This document shows positions 35,667-45,907 of a DNA stretch of 64,000 bases, in pieces. Made by a program: the position numbers and the translations under genes. Below the pieces are notes generated by a model. The model was given only the letters and a program-made list of their open reading frames with translations. It searched no databases and was not told where the DNA came from. Origin of the DNA: an uncultured Clostridia bacterium (GTDB taxonomy: Bacteria; Bacillota; Clostridia; Christensenellales; CAG-138); assembly GCA_937915925.1 (NCBI GenBank), contig CALGGM010000042.1:21791-85790 (forward strand), given 5' to 3'. Position 1 is the first letter of the stretch. Each line of letters opens with the position of its first letter.

Positions 35667-38222
35667 ATGGATCGTCTGCTTTTGGCAATCGACGGAAACA
35701 GCCTGCTGTTTCAGGCATATCATGCGTTTTTCAAAGCGAATCTGACCACGCGCGACGGATTTCCGACCGGCGCGCTGAAAGGCTTTTTTACAAAGCTCCT
35801 GGACCTTTTGAAACAGGAGCCGACCCATGTGCTTGTCGCGTTCGACGTGCATCAGCCTACGTTCCGACATGAGCGCTATGCGGAGTACAAGCTCGGACGC
35901 AAGGCGCCGGACGAGGACCTTGTAAAGCAGATGCCGGTCGTTCGCGAGCTTTTGAAGCGCATGGGGATCGCGGTCATCGAATGCCCGGGCTATGAAGGCG
36001 ACGACATTCTCGGAACCTTCTCGCGCCGCGCGGACGCAGCGGGTATGGACACGCTGATCGTGACCGGCGACCGCGATTCGTTTCAGCTGATCACCGATCG
36101 CACAAAGATCTATTATACAAAGGACAATTCCATCATCGACGCCGCGGCGCTGAAGGAGAAGTACGGGCTCGAACCGGACCGGATGCGCGATCTGAAGGCG
36201 CTGATGGGCGACAGCTCGGACCATATTCCGGGCGTTGCGGGCGTCGGAGAAAAGACGGCGCTGAAGCTTCTGAACGAGTACGGCGATCTCGAAGGTGTGC
36301 TTTCACATGCGGGCGAGGTCAAGGGCAAGCTCGGCGAACGGCTTGTGAACGAAGCGGAGAACGCGCGGTTTTCCTATTGGCTCGGCACGATCGTGACCGA
36401 CGCGCCGGTCAGCGAGACGCTCGACGACTGCGCGTTCTCGTTCGAATCGACCGGCGGAGCAAAGGAACGGCTGTACGAGCTTGAACTGAACAGCATCGCC
36501 GATAAGCTTCCCGGCGGAGAAGCGCCGAAGGCGGAGGAGAGCATCGCGCCCGTCGAGTCCGTTCCGATCACGGACGAGGCAGGCATGAAGGCGGCTTTGA
36601 AAACGCTGCGCTCCTGTAAAGAGATCGCGATCACCGCGTTCCCGTCGCTGGCGTTTGCCGGGAGCGCGGAACGCGCCTACGTTCTGACGGCGGGCGAAAC
36701 GCTGTTTGACGCCTGCATGGATGAGAACGAAGCGTATCGGATGCTCGGCGCGTTTATCCTCGAAACCGATAAAACGGTCCTTGCCTTCGATGCGAAGACG
36801 ATCTTCCACCGCTGCGGCTTTTCCGCAGACCGGCTTCCGAAGCTTGCGTTCGATGCGATGCTTTCGGATTATCTTTTACAGAGCAACCGCCCCGTCGAAA
36901 GCTACGAAGCGCTTTGCCGCGCGTGGTTGAAAACCGAGAAGGCGAATCCTGCGTATCTGTTCCTGCTCTGTCCGCGTATGGAAGCGGCGATCGAAGAGAA
37001 CGGGCTTGCTTCGCTTGAACGGGACGTTGAGCTTCCGCTGCTTTCCGTGCTGTACGGCATGGAGCAGGTCGGATTCAGGACCGACGAACGCGTTCTCTCC
37101 GAGCTGCACACACGCTTTTCGGAAGCGGCGAACACGCTGGAAAGTCGTATTTACGACGCGGCAGGGGAGAGGTTCAACATTCTTTCCACAAAACAGCTCG
37201 GCAGGATCCTGTTTGAAAAGCTCGGACTTCCGTCCGGAAAAAAGACCAAGACGGGCTTTTCCACCGACGCCGATACGCTCGAAGCAATCGCGCCGCTGCA
37301 TCCGATCGTGAACGACGTGCTTACCTATCGGTTTTTGACGAAGCTGGACAGCACGTTCGTCGAGGGGCTTTTAAAGCAGCGCGACGCCGAGGGACGCATC
37401 CATTCGCGGTTCATGCAGTGCGTGACGGCGACGGGACGCATCTCAAGCACGGAGCCGAATTTACAGAACATTCCGGTGCGCACGCCGGAGGGCAGGGAGA
37501 TCCGAAAGGCGTTTATCCCGAGCGAGGGGAACCTGCTGGTCGGCGCGGACTATTCGCAGATCGAGCTGAGGCTCCTTGCGCACATCAGCGGCGACGAGGA
37601 CTTTATCGCGGCGTTCAACAGCGGCGAGGACATCCACGCGCGTACCGCCGCGGAGGTCTTCCATATCCCGTCCGGCGCGGTTACGAGCGAACAGCGCAGC
37701 GCGGCGAAGGCGGTCAATTTCGGGATTGTCTACGGCATCTCCGATTTCGGGCTTGCGAAGAATTTGGGCGTGCCGGTCGCGACCGCGGCAAGCTATATCC
37801 GCCGCTATTTTGAACGCTATCCGAAGGTGCAGGAATACTTAAAGCGCAGCGTGGAAACGGCGAAGGAACGCGGCTATGCGGAAACGCTGTTCGAGCGCAA
37901 GCGCCCGCTGCCGGAGCTTTCGACAAGCAATTACAACGTCCGTCAGTTCGGCGAACGTGTCGCAATGAATATGCCGATCCAAGGGACGGCGGCGGACATC
38001 ATCAAGATCGCCATGGTGCGCGTCGACCGGGCGCTGCGGGACGGAGGCTTCAAAGCAAGGCTCGTTCTGCAGATCCACGACGAACTGATCGTCGACACGC
38101 CGAAGGACGAGGTCGAGCGCGTGAAGACGCTGATGCAGGAGACGATGGAGGGCGTCGCGGCGCTTTCCGTGCGGCTCGTTGCGGAGGCAAAATGCGGAGA
38201 AAGCTGGTTCGAGACAAAGTGA
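35667..38222 (+). CDS. polA: DNA polymerase I
   Basis: 5' nuclease N-terminus (LLAIDGNSLLFQAYHA) and polymerase motifs A DYSQIELR, B RSAAKAVNFGIVYG and C QIHDEL. I prefer the ATG at 35667 (RBS GAAAGGGAAG) because the GTG at 35643 lies inside the hairpin. Confidence 0.95.
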   Translation: MDRLLLAIDGNSLLFQAYHAFFKANLTTRDGFPTGALKGFFTKLLDLLKQEPTHVLVAFDVHQPTFRHERYAEYKLGRKAPDEDLVKQMPVVRELLKRMGIAVIECPGYEGDDILGTFSRRADAAGMDTLIVTGDRDSFQLITDRTKIYYTKDNSIIDAAALKEKYGLEPDRMRDLKALMGDSSDHIPGVAGVGEKTALKLLNEYGDLEGVLSHAGEVKGKLGERLVNEAENARFSYWLGTIVTDAPVSETLDDCAFSFESTGGAKERLYELELNSIADKLPGGEAPKAEESIAPVESVPITDEAGMKAALKTLRSCKEIAITAFPSLAFAGSAERAYVLTAGETLFDACMDENEAYRMLGAFILETDKTVLAFDAKTIFHRCGFSADRLPKLAFDAMLSDYLLQSNRPVESYEALCRAWLKTEKANPAYLFLLCPRMEAAIEENGLASLERDVELPLLSVLYGMEQVGFRTDERVLSELHTRFSEAANTLESRIYDAAGERFNILSTKQLGRILFEKLGLPSGKKTKTGFSTDADTLEAIAPLHPIVNDVLTYRFLTKLDSTFVEGLLKQRDAEGRIHSRFMQCVTATGRISSTEPNLQNIPVRTPEGREIRKAFIPSEGNLLVGADYSQIELRLLAHISGDEDFIAAFNSGEDIHARTAAEVFHIPSGAVTSEQRSAAKAVNFGIVYGISDFGLAKNLGVPVATAASYIRRYFERYPKVQEYLKRSVETAKERGYAETLFERKRPLPELSTSNYNVRQFGERVAMNMPIQGTAADIIKIAMVRVDRALRDGGFKARLVLQIHDELIVDTPKDEVERVKTLMQETMEGVAALSVRLVAEAKCGESWFETK

Positions 38223-38815
38223 CGTACATCATCGGGATCACCGGAGGCATCGGCTCCGGAAAAAGCACGCTTGCGCAATGCTTCAAGGCGCACGGCGTCC
38301 CCGTGCTCAATGCGGACGCGATCTCAAGAAGCGCGCTCTTGCCGGGTGCGGCGTGCTTTGCGGACGTCGTATCGCTGCTCGGCGACGACATTGTACTTCC
38401 GGACGGAAGTGTGGACCGCGCATTGATCGCATCGCGCGTATTTTCGGACCCCGCGCTATTGGAGGGCTTGAACGGGATCGTTCATCCGTATGTACGGGAG
38501 GAGCTTTTGAAAAACAGCGAGCGCACCGACAGCCCGCTGATCGTGTGGGACGTGCCGCTGCTGTTTGAAAGCGGGCTGGACGCGTTCTGCGCCTGCACGG
38601 TATCGGTTTTGTGCGACGAGGAGATTCGCGTTGCACGGGCGGTATTGCGCGACGGCACGGACGGGGAGAAGGTACGCGCACGGATTCGGGCGCAGATTAC
38701 GGACGTGGAGCGCGAACAGCGTTCGACCTATACGATCCGAAACGAGGGAACGGTCGAAGCGTTCATAAAGGAAGCGGACGCATTGATCGAACGGATACGG
38801 GAGGAGCTGCAATGA
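38192..38815 (+). CDS. coaE: Dephospho-CoA kinase
   Basis: IIGITGGIGSGKST P-loop. The ATG at 38192 has a GGAGG RBS and overlaps the polA 3' end. The GTG at 38219 is an alternative start. Confidence 0.9.
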   Translation: MRRKLVRDKVTYIIGITGGIGSGKSTLAQCFKAHGVPVLNADAISRSALLPGAACFADVVSLLGDDIVLPDGSVDRALIASRVFSDPALLEGLNGIVHPYVREELLKNSERTDSPLIVWDVPLLFESGLDAFCACTVSVLCDEEIRVARAVLRDGTDGEKVRARIRAQITDVEREQRSTYTIRNEGTVEAFIKEADALIERIREELQ

Positions 38816-39432
38816 ACGAAGCTGTCGAATCACAGCGAATGACCAAGAAACAAAAGACCGCGCTGATCGTGCTTTTGATGGTTGCGGTTTGTTTGGTGCT
38901 GACCGGCGTGCTGGTATTCTGGGTGCTGCCGTCAATGATGCGGTCGCGTTTTCAGCTGAAGCATCTGGACGAGATCAAGGCGTACAGCGAGGAATACAAT
39001 CTTGAACCTTCGTTCGTTGCGGGCGTCATTTATACGGAGAGCAAGTTCCGCGAGAACGCGGAGAGCCGCGCAGGCGCAAGAGGACTGATGCAGATCATGC
39101 CGGAAACGGGCAGGGAGATTGCAGAAGCGCTCGGCGAGCCGTACGACGTCAACAACCTGTTCGATGCGGAAACTTCCATCCGATACGGATGCTACTATCT
39201 GCGGCAGCAGATGGACCGCTTCGATCAGAACAAGGCGGTCACGCTCGCGGCGTACAACGCCGGTCCGGGCAAGGCAGCGCTGTGGGTCTCCGAATACGGA
39301 CTTGACGACAGCGGACGCATCCGCTATATTCCATATGAGGAAACGCGAAACTATGTCGATCGCGTGTTCCAGGCGCAGGAAAACTATGAGAGCCTCTATC
39401 CCGAGGCGTTTGCAGAAAGGACGGACGACTGA
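38812..39432 (+). CDS. Lytic transglycosylase (SLT domain), membrane-anchored
   Basis: N-terminal TM segment. YTESKFRENAESRAGARGLMQIMP and AYNAGPG blocks. ATGA overlap with coaE. Confidence 0.9.
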   Translation: MNEAVESQRMTKKQKTALIVLLMVAVCLVLTGVLVFWVLPSMMRSRFQLKHLDEIKAYSEEYNLEPSFVAGVIYTESKFRENAESRAGARGLMQIMPETGREIAEALGEPYDVNNLFDAETSIRYGCYYLRQQMDRFDQNKAVTLAAYNAGPGKAALWVSEYGLDDSGRIRYIPYEETRNYVDRVFQAQENYESLYPEAFAERTDD

Positions 39433-40164
39433 ATGCTGATTATCTTGGTTGCGCTGATCGTGCTTGCGATCGATCAGGGCGTGAAGTATTGGATCATGTA
39501 CGCGCATGTCGCGGGAACGCTGGGATATACCGGCTCGTGGTATGACGTGTCTGCGCTGCGCACGTTCCTTTCCGGAAGCGCGGTCGCGCAGCAGAACGCG
39601 ATCCCGCAGAACGGAACGTTCATCGTTTTGAGCTTTACGCCAAACGACGCCGCACTGTGGGGACTTGGCAGCGGCACGCCGTGGGCTTCAAGGCTGCTGC
39701 TTGCGCTGACCGCGGTATTTATTTTTTTGCTGATCTTCTTTTCGATCCGCGCAAGCAAAAAGCTTCCGGCGCTCTCCCGCGTGATTGTGGGTCTGCTGAT
39801 CGGCGGCTCGATCGGAAACCTCTTCGACCGCGTCGCGTTCGGATATGTGCGGGACATGATCTGCACAAAATTCATCGATTTTCCGGTGTTCAACATTGCG
39901 GACTCGGCGATCTGCATTGCGATCGCGCTGCTGCTGTTTGAGGCGTTCTTCCGGAAGCTGGGCGTGTTTGAATGCTTCGAGGACGAGTTCCGGTATCTGT
40001 TCCGCATGCCCACGCGCGAGGAAGCGGAGGCAAGGGAGAAGGAACGCAAAAAGAACAGGCTTTCCAGATTTGAAGAGCTGATCCCGGAGGAGGAAGAATC
40101 GGAGGAATCGGATGGAGACGGAAACGATCCTGCTGATCGCGGAGACGGAAGCGTCGAGAATTGA
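39433..40164 (+). CDS. lspA: Signal peptidase II with an internal insertion and an acidic C-terminal tail
   Basis: DQGVKYW, GGSIGNLFDR and FPVFNIADSAI catalytic blocks. At 243 aa it is longer than the usual ~160 aa. Confidence 0.88.
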   Translation: MLIILVALIVLAIDQGVKYWIMYAHVAGTLGYTGSWYDVSALRTFLSGSAVAQQNAIPQNGTFIVLSFTPNDAALWGLGSGTPWASRLLLALTAVFIFLLIFFSIRASKKLPALSRVIVGLLIGGSIGNLFDRVAFGYVRDMICTKFIDFPVFNIADSAICIAIALLLFEAFFRKLGVFECFEDEFRYLFRMPTREEAEAREKERKKNRLSRFEELIPEEEESEESDGDGNDPADRGDGSVEN

Positions 40165-41068
40165 CGCGTTTCTCGCGGCAAACACGGAGCTTTCGCGGTC
40201 CAAGCTGCAAAAGCTGATCCGCTCGGGAGACGTTCTGATCAACGGATCGACCTGCAAGCCGAACGCGGAGGTGCGCATAGGCGACGCGATCCGCATCCGC
40301 TTTGAACCGGAGACCGGAGACGCGCTGCCGGAGCCAGAGAACATCCCGCTCGACGTCGTGTATGAGGACGACGATCTTGCCGTCATCAATAAGCCGAAGG
40401 GCATGGTCGTGCATCCGGCGCCGGGGAATCCGTCCGGCACGCTCGTAAACGCTCTTTTGTACCGGTTTCGGGAGCTGTCGAAAAGCGGCGGCGAGATCCG
40501 GCCGGGCATCGTGCATCGGATCGATCGGCTGACAAGCGGGCTTCTGGTCGTCGCAAAAAACGACGCCGCGCACGAAGCGCTCGCAAAGCAGTTCGCGCTG
40601 CATACCGCGCACCGCGAATATCTTTGTCTGGTGCACGGGAATCTTAAGGAGGACAGCGGCACCGTCGACGCGCCGATCGGCAGACACAGGACCGACCGCA
40701 AGCGTATGGCGGTGACGGAGGACGGGCGGCGTGCTGTTACGCATTGGCGCGTGTTGCAGCGGTTCGGCACGGAAACGCTCTTGGACGTCAAGCTGGAAAC
40801 CGGACGCACGCATCAGATCCGCGTGCATATGGCGTACATCAAACATCCGATCCTCGGCGACGAGGTGTACGGCTCCGCATCGTCAAAGCTGGGACTGTCC
40901 GGACAGGCGCTGCACGGCTATCGGCTGACGTTCGTGCATCCGCGCACGGGGGAGGCGATGACCTATACCGCGCCGCTGCCGGAGGATTTTACGGTGGCGC
41001 TGAAGAAGCTCGGCGGGCGGATCCCGGACGAGCTGTTTGATACGAATTCAGATAAAGGAGAATCATAA
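40112..41068 (+). CDS. rluD: RluA-family 23S rRNA pseudouridine synthase (RluD-like)
   Basis: S4 N-terminus (RIDAFL..SRSKLQKLI), catalytic HRIDRLTSG and GRTHQIRVH. RBS GGAGG. It overlaps the lspA tail by 53 nt. Confidence 0.92.
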   Translation: METETILLIAETEASRIDAFLAANTELSRSKLQKLIRSGDVLINGSTCKPNAEVRIGDAIRIRFEPETGDALPEPENIPLDVVYEDDDLAVINKPKGMVVHPAPGNPSGTLVNALLYRFRELSKSGGEIRPGIVHRIDRLTSGLLVVAKNDAAHEALAKQFALHTAHREYLCLVHGNLKEDSGTVDAPIGRHRTDRKRMAVTEDGRRAVTHWRVLQRFGTETLLDVKLETGRTHQIRVHMAYIKHPILGDEVYGSASSKLGLSGQALHGYRLTFVHPRTGEAMTYTAPLPEDFTVALKKLGGRIPDELFDTNSDKGES

Positions 41069-41069
41069 A

Positions 41070-42926
41070 ATGAGCAGAACAAAACGAACGATTGCGTTCC
41101 TGCTGGCATGCGTTATGCTGCTCGGCACGGTCGGATGTACCTTTTTTAGAAGGAAGGAGCAGCAGACCGCTGCGCCGACCGCCGCTGTGACCGAGAGACC
41201 GACCGCAAGACCGGCGCCGACCGCTGTTGCGACCGCCGTGCCGACAGAAGCTTCTGCAACGGAAAAACCGCTGAATGAAGCGGAAGCGGCTTTCTGGGCG
41301 TTGGACGACGAGCTGTTTTTGAGCTTTGCCACCGCGGACATTACCTCTCTCGATCAGTACTGCGCGGATCCCGCAAGCTTCGGCATCGACGAATCCACCG
41401 TTCCGGTGACCCTCGGCGAGTTCACCGAGGAGGCGAACAACGAGTGGATCGAGGAGTGCTATACGTGGCGCGAGAAGCTGAACGCGATCGATCGGAGTCA
41501 GCTTTCCCCGCAGCTGCAGTTTGCGTACGATACGTACTGCCGCTATTTCGATCTTGAGATCGAGTCGAAGGACTTTTTCTACTGCTATGAGCCGCTCGAC
41601 GAATACGTCGGCCTGCACATGAACATGCCGCTGTTCTTCGGTTTGTATTCGTTCAAGGACGAGACGGACATCAAAAATTATATGACGCTGCTTGCGGACA
41701 TGCCGCGTTACTTCGGACAGGTGCTTGCGTTTGAACAGGAGCGCGCAAACCGCGGTCTGTTCATGACGGAAAAGATGCTCGACGTGATCCTTTCCGATCT
41801 GCAGACGGTTGCGGACAGCGGCGAAACCAGCTATCTGCACGGCACGTTCCGCGATGCGATGGAAAAGCAGAAATACCTGACCGACGAACAGCGCGAGGCG
41901 TATATCGCGCAGAATGACGAGCTCGTCAAAACCGCGTGGGTCGAGGCGTATCAGCTCCTGCATGACGGTCTTGAGGCGCTTCGCCCGAAATGCCGCGCGC
42001 GCGCCGGCGCGTACGAGCAGGGCGGTATTGCGTACGACTACTATTGCTGGAAGCTGCGCGCGGAAGCCGCGAACAACCGCACCGTTCCCGAGGAGATCAG
42101 CTTCCTTGAGGACTGCAACAGGACGCTCTACACCGTTCTGATGTCGTCCGTAATGAACTGCTATTCCGATATGATGGCGGTTCTTGCAGGCGAGAAGAAG
42201 CTTACCACGGGTTCTCTGGAAAGCGACGAAGCGTATCTGAGGACGCTCATGCCGCAGCTCGTTCCGCCGATGCCCGAGGTCGAAGTGACCTACACCGAGG
42301 TGCCGGAGGAGCTGCAGGACAGCTTCTCGCCCGCGGCATACCTTACGCCGCCGCTCGATGACTATCGGCACAATATCATTCTGACGAATCCGGGCGATCA
42401 GGAGGACTACACCATTTCGACGCTTGCGCATGAGGGCTTCCCGGGACATATGTTCCAGTTCACCTATCAGTATTCGCTCGGCACGATCCCGAAGTTCCAG
42501 CTGATGATCGAAACCAACGGGTATGCCGAATCATGGTCGACCAATATGGAATGGAACATCGCGCAGATCAATGAGAAATACGGCACGGATCTCTGCGTCG
42601 CGAACTTTACGAACGAATACGTGAGCTCCGTTCTGCTGATGATCGTATCGCTGAAGGTCAACGGGCAGGGCGCATCCTTGGACGAGATCAAAACGTACCT
42701 GAGCAAATGGGGACTGGATGATTACGCGGAAACATTCTACGATCACGCGATCGATCTGCCCATTTATCTGTTCAAGTATGCCGGCGGCTTCTGCGAGCTC
42801 TTCTCGCTCACCAACCGGTTCGCGGACAGCGACAAGGTCCCGTTCTTTACGGAGTATCTGAGCTGGGGCCCTGGGTATTTCGATCTGCTCGACGAGCGGA
42901 TGCAGGCTTGGGCAAGCGCAAAATAA
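41070..42926 (+). CDS. DUF885 family (metallopeptidase-like) probable lipoprotein
   Basis: Signal peptide with ..LLGTVGC. The HEGFPGHMFQ (HExxH-like) block is typical of DUF885. RBS AAGGAG. Confidence 0.8.
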   Translation: MSRTKRTIAFLLACVMLLGTVGCTFFRRKEQQTAAPTAAVTERPTARPAPTAVATAVPTEASATEKPLNEAEAAFWALDDELFLSFATADITSLDQYCADPASFGIDESTVPVTLGEFTEEANNEWIEECYTWREKLNAIDRSQLSPQLQFAYDTYCRYFDLEIESKDFFYCYEPLDEYVGLHMNMPLFFGLYSFKDETDIKNYMTLLADMPRYFGQVLAFEQERANRGLFMTEKMLDVILSDLQTVADSGETSYLHGTFRDAMEKQKYLTDEQREAYIAQNDELVKTAWVEAYQLLHDGLEALRPKCRARAGAYEQGGIAYDYYCWKLRAEAANNRTVPEEISFLEDCNRTLYTVLMSSVMNCYSDMMAVLAGEKKLTTGSLESDEAYLRTLMPQLVPPMPEVEVTYTEVPEELQDSFSPAAYLTPPLDDYRHNIILTNPGDQEDYTISTLAHEGFPGHMFQFTYQYSLGTIPKFQLMIETNGYAESWSTNMEWNIAQINEKYGTDLCVANFTNEYVSSVLLMIVSLKVNGQGASLDEIKTYLSKWGLDDYAETFYDHAIDLPIYLFKYAGGFCELFSLTNRFADSDKVPFFTEYLSWGPGYFDLLDERMQAWASAK

Positions 42927-42930
42927 ACGC

Positions 42931-42958
42931 TTGACAAGCGTGAAAAATGTGATAAACT
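42931..42958 (+). promoter_or_regulatory. Sigma-A-type promoter for the valS leader
   Basis: TTGACA, a 16-nt spacer, then TAAACT with TGa (extended -10). Confidence 0.7.
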
Positions 42959-42964
42959 GCATAA

Positions 42965-43200
42965 AAAGGCTTTGAAAAAGAGGAGTACGCGCTTTTGCCG
43001 TCAGAGATCCGTTCCATGGCTGAAAGAACGGTCGGAGATAAAACGCGGAAGGTCGCTTTTGAGCCGATGCGGCGAACGGAGTAACCGCATCCGGTCGCCC
43101 CGTTATCGGCTCAGAGAGAAACGGATTCTTTCCGTTTAACAAAGGTGGTACCGCGAACGCTCACTTCGTCCTTTGACGGAGTGAGCGTATTGATTTTAAA
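42965..43200 (+). promoter_or_regulatory. T-box riboswitch leader (tRNA-Val-sensing, inferred) with terminator/antiterminator
   Basis: The conserved T-box sequence AAAGGTGGTACCGCG lies at 43141-43155. It overlaps the 5' arm of the terminator acgctcacttcgt / acggagtgagcgt, which is followed by ATTGATTTT. An AGAGA element lies in the 5' part of the leader. Confidence 0.88.
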
Positions 43201-43212
43201 GGAGTTGGTACA

Positions 43213-45840
43213 ATGAACACAGAGATGCCGAAAACCTATGACCCCGCAAGCGTGGAGCATGTGTGGTACGAAAAGTGGGAGCGAAACGGGTATTTTCACG
43301 CCGCGCCGAACCCCGACAAGACGCCGTTTACGATCGTGATTCCGCCGCCCAACATCACGGGCAAGCTCCATATGGGGCACGCGCTGGACAACACGCTGCA
43401 GGATACGATCATTCGCTACAAGCGCATGAGCGGCTTTGAAACGCTGTGGCTTCCCGGAACGGACCACGCGTCGATCGCGACGGAGGTCAAGATCGTCGAA
43501 GCGCTCGCAAAGGAAGGTCTGACCAAGAAGGACATCGGGCGCGAAGCGTTTTTGAAGCGCGCGTGGGAATGGCGCGCCAAGTACGGCGGAACGATCGTAA
43601 AGCAGCTCCGCAAGATGGGCTCCTCGTGTGATTGGGAGCGCGAACGCTTCACGATGGACGAGGGATGCAACCGCGCCGTGGTACGCGTGTTTAAGAACCT
43701 CTACGACAAGGGCCTCATCTATCGCGGCAATCGCATCATCAACTGGTGCCCGGACTGCAAGACCGCGCTGTCCGATGCCGAGGTCGAATATGAAAGTCAG
43801 GACAGCCATCTCTGGCATATCCGCTACGACGCGCCGGACAAGTCCTATTCGATCACGGTCGCGACGACGCGTCCGGAGACGATGCTCGGCGATACCGCGA
43901 TCGCGGTGAACCCTGAGGATCCGCGCTACAGGGACATCGTCGGCAAGACCGTCGTGCTTCCGCTCGTGAACCGCGAGATCCCGATCGTCGGCGACGAATA
44001 CTGCGAGATGGAATTCGGCACCGGCGCCGTGAAGATCACGCCTGCGCATGACCCGAACGACTTCGAGGTCGGCAAGCGCCATAACCTTCCCGTGCTTCGC
44101 GTGTTCACCGACGACGGACACGTCAACGAAGAGGGCGGCAAGTACTGCGGACAGGACCGTTTCGAATGCCGCAAGAACATCGTGAACGACCTCAGGGAAA
44201 GCGGCAACCTCGTAAAGATCGAGGATTACACGCACAATGTCGGCACCTGCTACCGCTGCCATACGACGATCGAAACGATCGTTTCGAAGCAGTGGTTCGT
44301 GGATATGAAGCCGCTTGCGGAGCCCGCGCTTGAAATGGTGCGCTCCGGCAAGGTGAAATTCGTACCGGAACGGTTCGACAAGAACTATTATCATTGGATG
44401 GAGAACATCCGCGACTGGTGCATCTCGCGTCAGCTCTGGTGGGGTCACCGCATTCCGGTGTATTACTGCGACGACTGCGGCGGCACGTTCTGCGAAGAGA
44501 CCGCCCCCGAACGTTGTCCGAACTGCGGCGGAAAGCTTCGGCAGGATGAGGACGTTCTCGACACCTGGTTCTCCTCGGGGCTTTGGCCGTTCTCCACGCT
44601 CGGTTGGCCGGAGGAGACGGAGGAGCTCAAATACTTCTATCCGACCGATACGCTCGTGACCGGCTACGACATTATCACGTTCTGGATCTCCCGCATGATC
44701 ACGTTTGCGGCGGAGGTCATGAAGGAGGAGCCGTTCAAGACCGTGTATGTCCACGGGCTTGTGCGCGACAGTCTCGGCAGAAAGATGAGTAAGTCTTTGG
44801 GCAACGGCATCGATCCGCTCGACATCATCGGGAAATACGGCGCCGACTCTCTGCGCTTCTCGCTTGTCACCGGCAACGCCGCGGGCAACGATATGCGCTT
44901 CTATAATGAAAAGGTGGAAGCGGCGCGCAATTTCTGCAACAAGGTTTACAACGCCGCGCGCTTCGTGCTGATGAACATCGACGAGGACACGACGCCGGAG
45001 TTTGACGAGAGCAGGCTTTCGATCATCGACAAGTGGATCCTTGCGCAACTCGACCGCACGGTTCACGAGGTGACGGCGCATCTGGACGCGTACGATCTGA
45101 ACCTTGCCGCGGAGAAGATTTACGACTTCATCTGGGGCACACTGTGCGACTGGTACATCGAGCTTGCGAAGCCGTCCCTGTACAGTGACGACGCGGAGGA
45201 GAAGAAGCGCGTTTCGTCCGTGCTGCTCTACGTGCTGTCCACGTCGATGAAGCTGCTGCATCCGTTCATGCCGTTCATCACCGAGGAACTGTATCAGCGG
45301 CTTCCGGGACACGAAGAAACGATCATGCTTTGTGCATGGCCGAAGGCGTCCGAAACGCCGCGGTTCGAGGCGGAGGAGGCATGCACGGAAACGTTGAAGG
45401 ACGTCGTTCGCGCGATCCGCAATGTGCGCGCGGAACGCAAGGTGCCGGTAGGCTTGAAGATTCGGGCAAAGCTCGTTGTGCCGGATCCCGCTGCGTTCGG
45501 CTCGGTTGAGAAGCTTTTGATGAAGCTGATCGGCGCGGAATCGGTACAGATCACCGACGAGCGCGGCGACGTGCAGAAGACGGACGTGCATCTTGTGTGC
45601 AACGGCGCGGAGGCGTACATCCCGCTTGCCTCGCTGGTCGATCTCGATGAGGAACGCGCAAGGATCGATAAGGAGATCGAGCGCGTGAAGGGCGAGGTCG
45701 CGCGCGCCGAAGGGAAGCTCTCCAACGAGAAGTTCGTTGCGAAAGCGCCTGAAGCGGTCGTGAACGAGGAGCGCAGAAAGCTCGATGCGGCAAAGGAGAT
45801 GCTTGCGCGTCTTACGGAACGCCGTCAGGACCTGAACTGA
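43213..45840 (+). CDS. valS: Valine--tRNA ligase
   Basis: PPPNITGKLHMGHAL (HIGH) and RKMSKSLGN (KMSKS) motifs, and a C-terminal coiled coil. Confidence 0.97.
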   Translation: MNTEMPKTYDPASVEHVWYEKWERNGYFHAAPNPDKTPFTIVIPPPNITGKLHMGHALDNTLQDTIIRYKRMSGFETLWLPGTDHASIATEVKIVEALAKEGLTKKDIGREAFLKRAWEWRAKYGGTIVKQLRKMGSSCDWERERFTMDEGCNRAVVRVFKNLYDKGLIYRGNRIINWCPDCKTALSDAEVEYESQDSHLWHIRYDAPDKSYSITVATTRPETMLGDTAIAVNPEDPRYRDIVGKTVVLPLVNREIPIVGDEYCEMEFGTGAVKITPAHDPNDFEVGKRHNLPVLRVFTDDGHVNEEGGKYCGQDRFECRKNIVNDLRESGNLVKIEDYTHNVGTCYRCHTTIETIVSKQWFVDMKPLAEPALEMVRSGKVKFVPERFDKNYYHWMENIRDWCISRQLWWGHRIPVYYCDDCGGTFCEETAPERCPNCGGKLRQDEDVLDTWFSSGLWPFSTLGWPEETEELKYFYPTDTLVTGYDIITFWISRMITFAAEVMKEEPFKTVYVHGLVRDSLGRKMSKSLGNGIDPLDIIGKYGADSLRFSLVTGNAAGNDMRFYNEKVEAARNFCNKVYNAARFVLMNIDEDTTPEFDESRLSIIDKWILAQLDRTVHEVTAHLDAYDLNLAAEKIYDFIWGTLCDWYIELAKPSLYSDDAEEKKRVSSVLLYVLSTSMKLLHPFMPFITEELYQRLPGHEETIMLCAWPKASETPRFEAEEACTETLKDVVRAIRNVRAERKVPVGLKIRAKLVVPDPAAFGSVEKLLMKLIGAESVQITDERGDVQKTDVHLVCNGAEAYIPLASLVDLDEERARIDKEIERVKGEVARAEGKLSNEKFVAKAPEAVVNEERRKLDAAKEMLARLTERRQDLN

Positions 45841-45846
45841 ACGGAC

Positions 45847-45885
45847 ACGGGGGAGGAGAACACGCCTCCCCTGTATAGCATTTTT
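45847..45885 (+). terminator. Possible terminator after valS
   Basis: ggggagg / cctcccc stem. The T-run (CATTTTT) is 9 nt away, so the call is weak. Confidence 0.4.
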
Positions 45886-45907
45886 AGGCACGAAAGGAGA
45901 ACAAACC

